Virus record (IMG/VR): IMGVR_UViG_3300042566_001051
Span: 1 to 64,000 of that record
Reading direction: 5' to 3' (one strand)
Length of the DNA stretch: 64,000 bases
Source of the DNA: a virus
The notes under the pieces are model-generated. The model did no database searches. It was not told where the DNA came from and saw nothing but the letters and a program-made list of their open reading frames with translations. Both the position numbers and the translations under genes were made by a program. Shown one piece after another: positions 54,241-63,554 of the stretch. Numbering within the stretch: position 1 is the stretch's first letter; every line of letters starts with the position of its first letter.

Positions 54241-55038
54241 ATGAAGGAAATCATCACCATCCGGGCAAGCAGCTTGTCCGATCTGATGGACTGCCCGGCG
54301 CGCTGGGCGGCCAAGCACATCGACAAGAAATGGATGCCGACATCAGCCGCCGCGCAGCTTGGCACGGCCGTTCATGCCGGCGCCGAAGCATTCGACAAGG
54401 CCATCTTGTCAGGCAGCCAGATCACGATTGACGACGCCGCTGGCGCCGTGGTCGATGCGATCAACAAGCCAGACGAGGAAGTCGATTGGAGCGAGCAGGC
54501 GCCAAGCGAGGCAGAACGCATCGCCCTGTCTCTGCACGTCAAGTATTGCTCCGAGATTGCGCCAGCGCAGATTTACACCGGAATCGAGGTTATGTGCGAG
54601 CGGCTGGAAATCTCCGATCTTGGGATTGCGCTGACCGGAACCACAGACCGCATTCGCCAAACCGCCGAAGGGCTTGGCGTTGCCGACCTGAAGACCGGAA
54701 AGACCGCCGTCGGCTCCGATGGCGTGGCGGCAACTGGTAAGCACGCCTTACAGATTGGCGTCTATGAGCTTCTGGCCGAGCATTCCACCGGCCAGCAGAT
54801 CACGGCTCCCGGCCAGATCATCGGCATGAACACGGCCAAGACGCCGGCCTCTCAGCGAATCGGAACCGGCGAAGTGCGCAATGCGAAATCGCTGCTGATT
54901 GGCTCAGAGGGCAGTCCGGGTGCGCTGGAAATCGCGTCGAAGATCATCCACAGCGGCATGTTCTACGGCAACGCAAGAAGCCAGCTATGCACGCCGAAGT
55001 TCTGCCCGATCTACGGGGCATGCAAGTGGAGGGGTTGA
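54241..55038 (+). CDS. PD-(D/E)xK exonuclease (RecE/Cas4-like)
   Basis: GTAVH, LTGTTDRI...ADLKTG, QIGVY, C-terminal Cys cluster. Confidence 0.88.
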   Translation: MKEIITIRASSLSDLMDCPARWAAKHIDKKWMPTSAAAQLGTAVHAGAEAFDKAILSGSQITIDDAAGAVVDAINKPDEEVDWSEQAPSEAERIALSLHVKYCSEIAPAQIYTGIEVMCERLEISDLGIALTGTTDRIRQTAEGLGVADLKTGKTAVGSDGVAATGKHALQIGVYELLAEHSTGQQITAPGQIIGMNTAKTPASQRIGTGEVRNAKSLLIGSEGSPGALEIASKIIHSGMFYGNARSQLCTPKFCPIYGACKWRG

Positions 55039-55039
55039 C

Positions 55040-55528
55040 ATGGCCCGCCCTGCAATCGAAATCAACACGGCAGCAATCGCCTGCATGTACTCAGCAGGCA
55101 AGCCGGCGTGCGAGATAGCGGAAGAAATTGGCGTTTCGACGCAAACCGTTCTCCGCCGGCTGAAGGCCGCCGGGATGCACGTCAAGCCGCAGGGCGAGCG
55201 AATGCGCGGGACGACTTCAAAGCCAGAATTCGTTGGCCCTGCCCTGCCGCGAGGCGCCCGCAACTCGATCAACAAGCTGGGTTCTTCCGGTTTGAGCAGT
55301 CAAGGCTATGTCCGCATCAACACCGGTTCGCGCAAGCGCCAATACGAGCATGTCCTGAAAGCAGAAAAGGCGCTTGGGCGGCGCCTAAAACCCGGCGAGG
55401 TCGTGCATCACATCAACTGCGACCGAACCGATAACCGAAGTGAAAACCTGCTTGTGTGCTCGCACAAGTACCACCTCCAACTCCACGCCAGGATGCGTCG
55501 CAACGACTACTGGCGCCAATTCAACTGA
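55040..55528 (+). CDS. HTH-HNH endonuclease
   Basis: YEHVLKAEKALGRRL...VVHHINCDRTDNRSENL. Confidence 0.88.
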   Translation: MARPAIEINTAAIACMYSAGKPACEIAEEIGVSTQTVLRRLKAAGMHVKPQGERMRGTTSKPEFVGPALPRGARNSINKLGSSGLSSQGYVRINTGSRKRQYEHVLKAEKALGRRLKPGEVVHHINCDRTDNRSENLLVCSHKYHLQLHARMRRNDYWRQFN

Positions 55529-55542
55529 AAGGACGGCCCAAC

Positions 55543-56676
55543 ATGGCTACCACTAACCTCTCCAACCTCCAGCAGGGGCAGCAGCAACAGACCGCCCGCC
55601 GACCCAAGACCATCTTCGACTTCCTGGACGACCCGCGCGTCCAGAAGGGTATCGGCGCCGTGGCCGGAAAGTTCCTGACGCCCGACCGCTTCCTGCGTTT
55701 GGCGATCAACGCGGTGAAGAAAACTCCGCTGCTTGCCCAGTGCGATCCGCAAAGCGTCCTGGGTTCCTTCATGGCATCTGCTGCCCTGGGCCTGGAGCCG
55801 AACACAGTACAGCAGCAAGCGTTTCTGATTCCCTACAAGAAGCGTGCCAAGGTCGATAACCAGTGGGTGGATATTTACGAATGCCAGTTCCAGATTGGCT
55901 ATCGCGGCTTTATCACCCTCGCCCACCGCTCTCCGCACATCGCCAGCGTCCAGGCCGAAGCGATCCACGACGGCGACCTGTTCGACCACATGCTGGGCTC
56001 CGAGTCGTTCCTGAAGTACCGCAAGGCGCTCAAGGATCGTGGCGGCCTGATCGGCTCGTTCTGCTACACGAAGCTGGAATCCGGCATTGAAATGGCGACC
56101 GTTCTTCCGCTCTCCGAGGTGGAGAAGATTCGCGGCAAGAGCGAGACCTACAACGCCCTGATGCGCAACGTCGAGCAGGCCGACAACCAGAAAGACCGCG
56201 AGAAGGCCGAAAAGAAGCTGGCCGAAACGCCCTGGGTCATGTGGGAAGACGACATGGCCGCCAAGTCGGCGATCAAGAAGCACGCCAAGCAGTTGCCGTT
56301 GATGCCCGGTGACGCGATGTCGGCCGCTGCTGAAATCGACTCCAACGCCGACCGCAACGTCATCGACATGTCGGCGATGGCTGACCCGGATGTCGTGCGC
56401 GGCGTGGTGCAGGACGGCTACAGCCCGCCGGCGATTGAGCACCAAGAGGCCGAGCACCTGCCCGCCGACCTTGGCAAAGGAAATCGCCAGGCCGAACCGG
56501 TTGAGGCCCGCCAAGCCCGCCAGCAGCCGGCCCGGCGCGCCGCCCAGGCCAACGTCGATCAAGAGACCGGCGAAATCCAGGGAGGCGGCGACAACTGGGA
56601 GCCGACGGCAGAAGAGCTTGCCGAGATTCAAGCGCGCGAACTCGCTGAGTCCGGCGGCTTCGGCAACGTCGATTAA
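55543..56676 (+). CDS. recT: RecT-family single-strand annealing recombinase
   Basis: CDPQSVLG...LGLEP...AFLIPY...QFQIGYRG...MAAKS. Confidence 0.93.
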   Translation: MATTNLSNLQQGQQQQTARRPKTIFDFLDDPRVQKGIGAVAGKFLTPDRFLRLAINAVKKTPLLAQCDPQSVLGSFMASAALGLEPNTVQQQAFLIPYKKRAKVDNQWVDIYECQFQIGYRGFITLAHRSPHIASVQAEAIHDGDLFDHMLGSESFLKYRKALKDRGGLIGSFCYTKLESGIEMATVLPLSEVEKIRGKSETYNALMRNVEQADNQKDREKAEKKLAETPWVMWEDDMAAKSAIKKHAKQLPLMPGDAMSAAAEIDSNADRNVIDMSAMADPDVVRGVVQDGYSPPAIEHQEAEHLPADLGKGNRQAEPVEARQARQQPARRAAQANVDQETGEIQGGGDNWEPTAEELAEIQARELAESGGFGNVD

Positions 56677-56721
56677 CTCACAACCACCGGGCGGCCACCG
56701 CGCCGCCCCAGGGAGAACCCC

Positions 56722-57243
56722 ATGCAAGTTATTCGCATCACCATGCCGGACGGCGCCAAGTACGACGTTCCGACAGAAATCATCGCCCGCAACCGGGCCA
56801 AGTATTACGCCGACAAGGAGTTTGACGGCGACATCGAGCGTTCGCTGGCCGAGGACACGCTCCCGCTCTTCCAGTCCGACGACTACGAAATTCACGACTG
56901 GGCCGCCAACAACATGAACTGGAGCGACGTGAAGGATCACGCGACCCTTGCATCGCTGCCGGAAGACAGAGAAGCGTCGCACCAGGAAGGCTGGATCAAC
57001 GGCGAGTACGAAATCATCGACAAGCCGGACGGCGCCGCTGCCGACCTTTTGAACCTTGAACGGCTGGCAAGCATGCCGCTGAAGGTCATCACCCGCTCCA
57101 TGTCTCTCGCCGGCGCCAGCAAGGTGCAACTGGTTTTTGAGACCGCAGGGGAAAAGCCGGTCGGGGCAATCATTCTGCTGACCGGCGACGACACCGAACG
57201 CTACCTGAAGGCCATCGAGGCGGAAGCTGAATCCGAAGGCTGA
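56722..57243 (+). CDS. Hypothetical protein
   Basis: GGAG RBS; DWAANNMNWSDV phage-type motif. Confidence 0.7.
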   Translation: MQVIRITMPDGAKYDVPTEIIARNRAKYYADKEFDGDIERSLAEDTLPLFQSDDYEIHDWAANNMNWSDVKDHATLASLPEDREASHQEGWINGEYEIIDKPDGAAADLLNLERLASMPLKVITRSMSLAGASKVQLVFETAGEKPVGAIILLTGDDTERYLKAIEAEAESEG

Positions 57244-57259
57244 CCACGAAAGGACGGAC

Positions 57260-59101
57260 ATGAAAATAGAATCCATTGGCGTCAGCAACTTCCAAATGCT
57301 GACCGACATCAACATCAATCTCGCCGGCACGCCGATCTGCCTGATCGCCGGCGCCAACGAACAAGGCAAGTCGTCATTGCACGAGGCCATCCGCTTCGCG
57401 CTGACCGGCGAAAGCACCCGCGTCAAGCTGAAGAAGGACATGGACGCCCTGGTGCGCGATGGCACGAAAACGGGCGGCGTCATCGTCCGCCTGGAAAACG
57501 GCAACAGCGCCGAGCTCGAATTGCCGGCCGGCAAAGTTTCGACGGTCGGCACGCTGGTCAATGACTTGCAGTTGAAGGCGCTTCCGCTGGTTATGGATGC
57601 CGGCCGCTTCGCCGCCATGACCGAGAACGACCGCCGTGCCTTCCTGTTCGATCTGTCCGGACTGCAATGCGACAGCAAGAACGTCGGCGACCGCCTCGTT
57701 GCGCGTGGCTGCGACGCCAAGAAGGTTGAGGCAATCGCCCCGCTGCTGCGCAACGGATTTCCGGCAGCCGAGACCGAGGCGCGAACCAAGGTGCGCGAGA
57801 AAAAGGCAAGCTGGAAGACCGTGACTGGCGGCGAGACCTGGGGAAAAGACAAGGCGGCAAAGTGGCAGCCGGCCGCCCTGCCTCCTGAGTCGGACAAGGC
57901 GGCGGGACGGGCGGAGAATGCGCGCCAAAAAGCCAGCGAGGTTGAGCGCGAGCTTTCGGCAGCGCAGCAGGAACTTGGCGCGGCCCGTGCCGAATTGCAG
58001 CGCCGGCAGCAGGCCGAGACCGAGCGCGAACATCTTGCCGAAAAAGCTGGCACCGTCGGCCGGTTTAAGTCAAAGCTGGCGCACGACGAGGCGGAATTGA
58101 AGCAGTGGGAGGCAAAGGTTGAAGAAACCCGCGCCAAGGCCGGCGCCGCAAGCGTCAATCCGAAAGCACCGGGCGAGTACCTGTTGCGCGGCCTGGCCGC
58201 CGTGGCAGACGAATTCCTTGTCGTGGCTGAAAATCACCATGACATCGAGTGGCCGGAAGGGCTAGTCAGCCGCGCATCCGCTCATTTGGCTGAATACAAA
58301 AAGCTGCATGGCTGGCCGTTCAAGAGCGGCGACCAGGCAGACCCGGAGGCAGTTGCGCGGTTGCCTGAGCATGAGCGCGCACTGACCTTGCTGCAAAGCG
58401 CCGTTGCCAACAGCAAGCGCGACCTGGCAGCCGCTGAAGCCGCCGCCACCAAGCTGGCTGAACTGGATGGCGAGAAGGTCGAGGCAATCGACTTGGAGGC
58501 GATTCAGGCCAAGGTCAGTGAGTTGAGCGAAAAGCGCAACGGCTGGCGCGCCGACGCCGAAAAATACCAGGCCATTGCCGAGCAGGCAAAGCGGCACCAG
58601 GAAGTCATCGACCAAGCGGCCGCGCTGCATGGCGACATCCTTGCGTGGTCTGACATCGCCGACGCCCTGGCTCCCGATGGAATCCCCGGTGAAATGCTGG
58701 CCGATGCCATCAAGCCGCTGAACGACCGACTGCGCGCAACGTCGATTGCCACTGGCTGGGATCAGGTTTCGATTGATGCCGACATGACCATCCGAATCAA
58801 CGGCCGCCTGTATTCGCTGGGCAGCCAGTCGGCGCGCTACCGGGCAAACATGGCGATGGTCGAGGCTATTTCGTTCCTGTCTGGCCTGCGCTTCTTCGCT
58901 ATCGACGAATTCGACTGCCTTGATTCCGATAACCGCATGGCTGGCCTCAAGTGGTTTCATCAGCTTGCGGTATCCGGCGATGCGGAAACGATGCTGGTGT
59001 TTGGCACCTTCAAGCAGCCGCCGCAAGCGCCTAACACGTTTCAGGTCTTGTGGATGGAGCGCGGCTCTGTCGGAGGTGACTCGTTACGGAGGGCTGCATA
59101 A
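57260..59101 (+). CDS. SMC/Rad50-like ATPase
   Basis: GANEQGKSS Walker A, long coiled coil, FAIDEFDCLD Walker B. Confidence 0.88.
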   Translation: MKIESIGVSNFQMLTDININLAGTPICLIAGANEQGKSSLHEAIRFALTGESTRVKLKKDMDALVRDGTKTGGVIVRLENGNSAELELPAGKVSTVGTLVNDLQLKALPLVMDAGRFAAMTENDRRAFLFDLSGLQCDSKNVGDRLVARGCDAKKVEAIAPLLRNGFPAAETEARTKVREKKASWKTVTGGETWGKDKAAKWQPAALPPESDKAAGRAENARQKASEVERELSAAQQELGAARAELQRRQQAETEREHLAEKAGTVGRFKSKLAHDEAELKQWEAKVEETRAKAGAASVNPKAPGEYLLRGLAAVADEFLVVAENHHDIEWPEGLVSRASAHLAEYKKLHGWPFKSGDQADPEAVARLPEHERALTLLQSAVANSKRDLAAAEAAATKLAELDGEKVEAIDLEAIQAKVSELSEKRNGWRADAEKYQAIAEQAKRHQEVIDQAAALHGDILAWSDIADALAPDGIPGEMLADAIKPLNDRLRATSIATGWDQVSIDADMTIRINGRLYSLGSQSARYRANMAMVEAISFLSGLRFFAIDEFDCLDSDNRMAGLKWFHQLAVSGDAETMLVFGTFKQPPQAPNTFQVLWMERGSVGGDSLRRAA

Positions 59102-59328
59102 TGTCAGCAAATCAAAACAACAAAAGCCGGGAGGAATTGGCGGGGTTCGATAATCTTCCAGACTCTGCAAACGTCAGGATTCGAATCGTCATGGGGCTGC
59201 TCTCCTGCTCAGACGCGACCGTCTGGCGTATGTCCAAGGATGGCCGCATACCCAAACCAAGGAAGCTCTCAAAGCGAGTAACCGCCTGGAACGTAGGCGA
59301 GTTGCGCAAAGCGCTCGCCGCACTGTAA
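59101..59328 (+). CDS. AlpA-family regulator/excisionase
   Basis: SDATVWRMSKDGRIPKPRKLSKRVTAW. Confidence 0.88.
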   Translation: MSANQNNKSREELAGFDNLPDSANVRIRIVMGLLSCSDATVWRMSKDGRIPKPRKLSKRVTAWNVGELRKALAAL

Positions 59329-59337
59329 GGGGCGGCC

Positions 59338-59652
59338 ATGACTCGATACTGCACGCAATACGGCGCCTATGAAATTGATAGCGTGCCAGGCCAACCCCAG
59401 CTTGCACACTGCCACGGCTTCTTTGTGGCACCGGAACATCGCGGCAAAGGGATTGGGCACTTCCTGAAGCAAGAGCAGATGCAGATGCTGGCATCGCTTC
59501 GCTACGACGCCGCAACTTGCACGGTCGACGGCGGGAATGCAGCCCAAAAGCGGGTTCTTGAAAAGGCTGGCTGGGCGAAAGTCGGCGGATTCAAGAACGG
59601 GAAAACAGGCGCTTTGACTGAGGTCTGGTTTTGGGAAGTTGGTTCGACATGA
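59338..59652 (+). CDS. GNAT acetyltransferase
   Basis: FVAPEHRGKGIG; NAAQKRVLEKAGW. Confidence 0.85.
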   Translation: MTRYCTQYGAYEIDSVPGQPQLAHCHGFFVAPEHRGKGIGHFLKQEQMQMLASLRYDAATCTVDGGNAAQKRVLEKAGWAKVGGFKNGKTGALTEVWFWEVGST

Positions 59653-60188
59653 GCGCCGTATCGCCAGCGCCGACTTTTGACGAAAAATCCACGTTGACCG
59701 TAGAAGTCCTGCGCAACCTCATGAGCTACGACGCGGAAACCGGGATTTTCACCTGGAGAGGGAAGCCGAATGGCAGGGTTGCCCACGGCGCACAAGCCGG
59801 GACGCTGCTGCCGGATGGTTACGTCAGGATCAAGCTGCGCCGCAAGCTCTACCTCGCCCACCGGCTGGCATGGTTTTACGTGCATGGCGTCTGGCCGGAA
59901 AACGAGATTGACCACATCAACCGAACCCGCTCTGACAACCGCATCGCCAATCTTCGAGAGGCGACCAAATCAGAGAACCTTCAAAACCAGATTTCCGCCC
60001 AGCGCCACAACACCACGAGCAAGTTGCTTGGGGCGAGTTGGCACGAAGGCTGCCAAAAGTGGCAGGCGCAAATCTACATCAACGGGAAAGCCAAGTATCC
60101 AGGGCTATTCAAAACCAAGGAAGAGGCGCACGCCGCCTACCTTGCTGCGAAACGCGAACTGCACCCGTTCAGCACCATTGAGGATTGA
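59649..60188 (+). CDS. HNH-AP2 homing endonuclease
   Basis: AHRLAWFYVHG...IDHINRTRSDNRIANLR. Confidence 0.92.
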   Translation: MSAVSPAPTFDEKSTLTVEVLRNLMSYDAETGIFTWRGKPNGRVAHGAQAGTLLPDGYVRIKLRRKLYLAHRLAWFYVHGVWPENEIDHINRTRSDNRIANLREATKSENLQNQISAQRHNTTSKLLGASWHEGCQKWQAQIYINGKAKYPGLFKTKEEAHAAYLAAKRELHPFSTIED

Positions 60189-60191
60189 TCC

Positions 60192-60812
60192 ATGCAAGAA
60201 CAACTGATTGAAATTCTATCCAGGGCAACCGGCTGGATGACGGCCGCCGAAATCGCCGCCGAAGGAAAGTGGCGCAGCGCATCGAATGTCTCTGTTGCCC
60301 TAAAGCAGCTTGAGAAGTCCGGCGCCGTTACTCACCGCTCCCGCATGACCGGCGACGGAAAGGAAGTCCAGTGGCGGCATGCCGACAAGGACTTCGACGA
60401 TGCCGGCGAGGTCGGCGCGAAGGCCAAGCGCAAGCCGAAAGGCGCCGCCGATCAGACGGACGCAACCAAGGCGCCGGAAATCAGCGCCGACGAATTGCGG
60501 GCAGAAATCCAGCGCCAGAAAGGCATTGCCCAGGAGTTCATCGACAAGGCAAACCGCCTTGAGCAGAAATTCTCCGAGGCTGTAGAGGAAGTGACCCGGC
60601 TTGACCGCGAGCTTGCGGCCGCCAAAGCCAAGGCCATGCCGGAGAAAAAATCCAGCAAGCCGCGCAAGCCGTTCAGCGTCACCGGTCTTGCTGGGTTCCA
60701 TGCAGGCGGCGACCGGGTGACGCTCTTCCTAGATCGTCGCCTTCACGCCAAGTCGATCACCTTGCCGGCTGACAAGTTGCACCAACTGGCAGAAATGGCG
60801 AGGGCAGCATGA
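60192..60812 (+). CDS. Winged-HTH plus coiled-coil protein
   Basis: MTAAEIA...NVSVALKQLEKSG. Confidence 0.65.
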   Translation: MQEQLIEILSRATGWMTAAEIAAEGKWRSASNVSVALKQLEKSGAVTHRSRMTGDGKEVQWRHADKDFDDAGEVGAKAKRKPKGAADQTDATKAPEISADELRAEIQRQKGIAQEFIDKANRLEQKFSEAVEEVTRLDRELAAAKAKAMPEKKSSKPRKPFSVTGLAGFHAGGDRVTLFLDRRLHAKSITLPADKLHQLAEMARAA

Positions 60813-61381
60813 GCCAAAACAAGGAGCCTGAAAAGATCGTTCCCTATGACTCCGCCGAGGCCGCGAGCATCCAGACCGTAACCGGCTGGGTTTCTCGCTC
60901 CGGTCGATTCTGGGGAAACGACGAGCACATGGCGCGCTACGACGGCTGCACCCATCGCAAGTGTGACGCCTGTGATGCGCTGATACCGGTTCGCGGATAC
61001 ACGATCTGCGACCAGTGCCGCGAGTCCAAGGAAATCGAGAAATGGCAAGCGATGCCGCGCCAAGAGTGGGACGGCAAAAGCCTCCTGTATTCACAGGCGG
61101 CCGATGTTTTCTTCCAGGACTCCGACGACCTGTCATGTCACTGCGAAGAGAACGAATGCACGCCGCAATCGCTGCGCCTGGTGATATGCGATCCGCAATA
61201 CGCCAGACAGATCGACGCGGAAGACCACTACTCGGACGAACTGCCAGAAGACGGCGACCTTCCGCCGGAGCTTGAAGAGGCTTTCGAGCGACTGAACGAA
61301 GCGATCAAGGCATGCCGGACGCCGCTCTCGTGGATTCCAGGCAAGTTCGCACCGACCGACCAATCCGTAACCATTGACTGA
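60809..61381 (+). CDS. Phage hypothetical protein
   Basis: [25 protein letters not shown]; Cys pairs. Confidence 0.7.
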   Translation: MSQNKEPEKIVPYDSAEAASIQTVTGWVSRSGRFWGNDEHMARYDGCTHRKCDACDALIPVRGYTICDQCRESKEIEKWQAMPRQEWDGKSLLYSQAADVFFQDSDDLSCHCEENECTPQSLRLVICDPQYARQIDAEDHYSDELPEDGDLPPELEEAFERLNEAIKACRTPLSWIPGKFAPTDQSVTID

Positions 61382-61395
61382 AAGGGGATAGCAGA

Positions 61396-62517
61396 ATGCT
61401 CGCCCGCAACGCAACAATCCTGACATTTGCCGGCATCACGCTGGACACCATTGATGCCGCCGTTGCGCGGCGACCGTTCATCCCTTGCGGAGCCTCCGAG
61501 GCAAGCAGCCGAGGGTTTATCCCGCCAGTTGCCGGCATGGAGGGCCTGATCCGCTTCGCCGATAACGTAGCGGCAATCGCCATGCGTGAAGACGACAAGA
61601 TTCTTCCAGCCTGTGTCGTTCAGGCGGAGTCCAAGCGGCGGGCGGAAGAGATTGAAGAGCAGCAAGGCTACAAACCTGGGCGCAAGCAGATGCGCGAAAT
61701 CAAGGAGCTCGTCACCAAGGAATTGCTCGCCAAGGCATTTATCAGAACAACCGTCGTCCGCGCCTGGCTGGATTTCGGCGCCGGGCTGATGGTTGTCGAT
61801 GCCGCCAGCGAAACCAAAGTGGACAACCTCATCGGAACCCTGATCCGCAACTTCGACGAAATGCCGAAGCTGCGGCGCTGGCGCACCAAGGGCGTGCCGG
61901 CAAGCCACTTCACGGCATGGGTTCAGTCCGGCGAGGCGCCAGACTTCTTCACCATCGACGACCGCGCCCTTCTCACAAACCCGGAGGGCGGAAAAATCCG
62001 GCTCACCAACCAGAGCATGGTCGATGACGAGGTGCGGAGGCTGGTTGAGCACGGCCGGACATGCTCAGAACTGGCTGTGACGCACGCCGACAAGCTGTCC
62101 TTCGTTCTCACCCAGTCGCTGGTGCTGAAGCGAATCGCTCACATCGGCGTCAATGAAGAGCGCGACCCAGCCCAGGCGGACATGATGGAGGAAGAGCGCC
62201 ACGACGCCGAAATCATCCTGAACGCCGGCGCAGTCCGCGAAGCCTTTGCAGCCATCAACGAGGCGTTGGGCGGAATTCAGGAGCACGAAGAAGAGCCGGC
62301 GGCTTCAATTTCTGGCGTCGGCGACGAAGATGATCCGCTGTACGAGCAGGCCCGCCAGATCGTTATCGACAACGGCCGGGCGTCTATCTCGCTGGTGCAG
62401 CGCCATTTGCGCATCGGATACAACCGCGCGGCCCGGCTGGTCGAGCAAATGGAGCGCTTCGGCGTCGTCAGCCCGATGGATTCTTCCGGCTCGCGCAAGG
62501 TGCTGATGGCTGCATAG
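61396..62517 (+). CDS. rdgC: RdgC-like protein fused to an FtsK gamma domain
   Basis: [21 protein letters not shown] (RdgC); DPLYEQA...[25 protein letters not shown] (FtsK-gamma). Confidence 0.88.
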   Translation: MLARNATILTFAGITLDTIDAAVARRPFIPCGASEASSRGFIPPVAGMEGLIRFADNVAAIAMREDDKILPACVVQAESKRRAEEIEEQQGYKPGRKQMREIKELVTKELLAKAFIRTTVVRAWLDFGAGLMVVDAASETKVDNLIGTLIRNFDEMPKLRRWRTKGVPASHFTAWVQSGEAPDFFTIDDRALLTNPEGGKIRLTNQSMVDDEVRRLVEHGRTCSELAVTHADKLSFVLTQSLVLKRIAHIGVNEERDPAQADMMEEERHDAEIILNAGAVREAFAAINEALGGIQEHEEEPAASISGVGDEDDPLYEQARQIVIDNGRASISLVQRHLRIGYNRAARLVEQMERFGVVSPMDSSGSRKVLMAA

Positions 62518-62531
62518 CCAAGGGGAGCAAC

Positions 62532-63554
62532 ATGGCAGAAAACACGAAAATCGAGTGGGCCAACCACACGTTCAACCCTTGGTTTGGCTGCCAGAAGGTC
62601 GGGCCTGGCTGCGACCACTGCTACGCCGAGGGCTGGGCCAAGCGTAGCGGCCTGGTGCAGTGGGGGCCGGGAGCCGACCGGCGCCGCAGCAGCGAGGCGA
62701 ACTGGCGGAAGCCTATCAAGTGGAACCGACAGTCCGAGATTCAGCACAACGCTTGGCAGGCATTCAAGGAGGCGCATCCTGGACTCACCGATGCCCAGCT
62801 TGTTGATGCCGGCTTCTCCAAGCCCGAGCGGCCAAGGGTGTTTTGCGCGTCGCTGGCCGATGTCTTCGACAACGCCGTTCCTGACGCCTGGCGCATGGAC
62901 TTGTTCAGCCTGATCGCCAAGACGCCGTACCTTGACTGGCTGCTGGTGACAAAGCGCGTCGGCAACGTCATGCGGATGTGTTCCGGCGACGGCCTGATGT
63001 TCGACATGATCGCTGATCGTGTCTGGCTTGGCGTGACGATATGCAACCAGGAAGAGGCCGACCGCGACATTCCGAAGCTGATGCGGATACCCGCAAAAGT
63101 TCGCTGGTTGAGCATGGAGCCGCTACTTGGGTCAGTTGATCTGAGCCAGTGGCTTGACATCATCCAGTACGAGGACGGCGCCGCCTGGATGCGCCGCAAC
63201 ATCGGCCACTTGCACGACATGCTCGATTGGGTTGTGGTCGGCGGCGAGAGCGGGCCGCACGCCAGGCCGATGAATCCAGACTGGGCTTATGAGCTACGCG
63301 ACCAGTGCGATGCGGCTGACGTGCCTTTCCTGTTCAAGCAATGGGGCGAATGGGCAACGGCCGGAAACCGTGCATTCGGCACCGTCAAGGGCGAAGTGAG
63401 GCACATCCGGTCTGATGGCAGCTTCTGGGGTGACGATCTTCCAGAGGATGAAAACGCCGACGTGCTTACCGTGGTGAAGGTGGGCAAGGCGGCCGCCGGC
63501 AGGCTGTTGGGCGGCGTGCAGCATGACGGGTATCCGAAAGGAGGCGCAGCATGA
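62532..63554 (+). CDS. Gp37/Gp68 (DUF5131) family protein
   Basis: TKIEW...TFNPWFGCQKVGPGCDHCYA; VFCASLADVF; SMEPLL; WVVVGGESG; FKQWG. Confidence 0.92.
   Translation: MAENTKIEWANHTFNPWFGCQKVGPGCDHCYAEGWAKRSGLVQWGPGADRRRSSEANWRKPIKWNRQSEIQHNAWQAFKEAHPGLTDAQLVDAGFSKPERPRVFCASLADVFDNAVPDAWRMDLFSLIAKTPYLDWLLVTKRVGNVMRMCSGDGLMFDMIADRVWLGVTICNQEEADRDIPKLMRIPAKVRWLSMEPLLGSVDLSQWLDIIQYEDGAAWMRRNIGHLHDMLDWVVVGGESGPHARPMNPDWAYELRDQCDAADVPFLFKQWGEWATAGNRAFGTVKGEVRHIRSDGSFWGDDLPEDENADVLTVVKVGKAAAGRLLGGVQHDGYPKGGAA

Noticed and set aside
54241-55038. Cas4-like nuclease as evidence for CRISPR-Cas
   Set aside because: No repeat-spacer array or other cas genes; it is the exonuclease partner of RecT.
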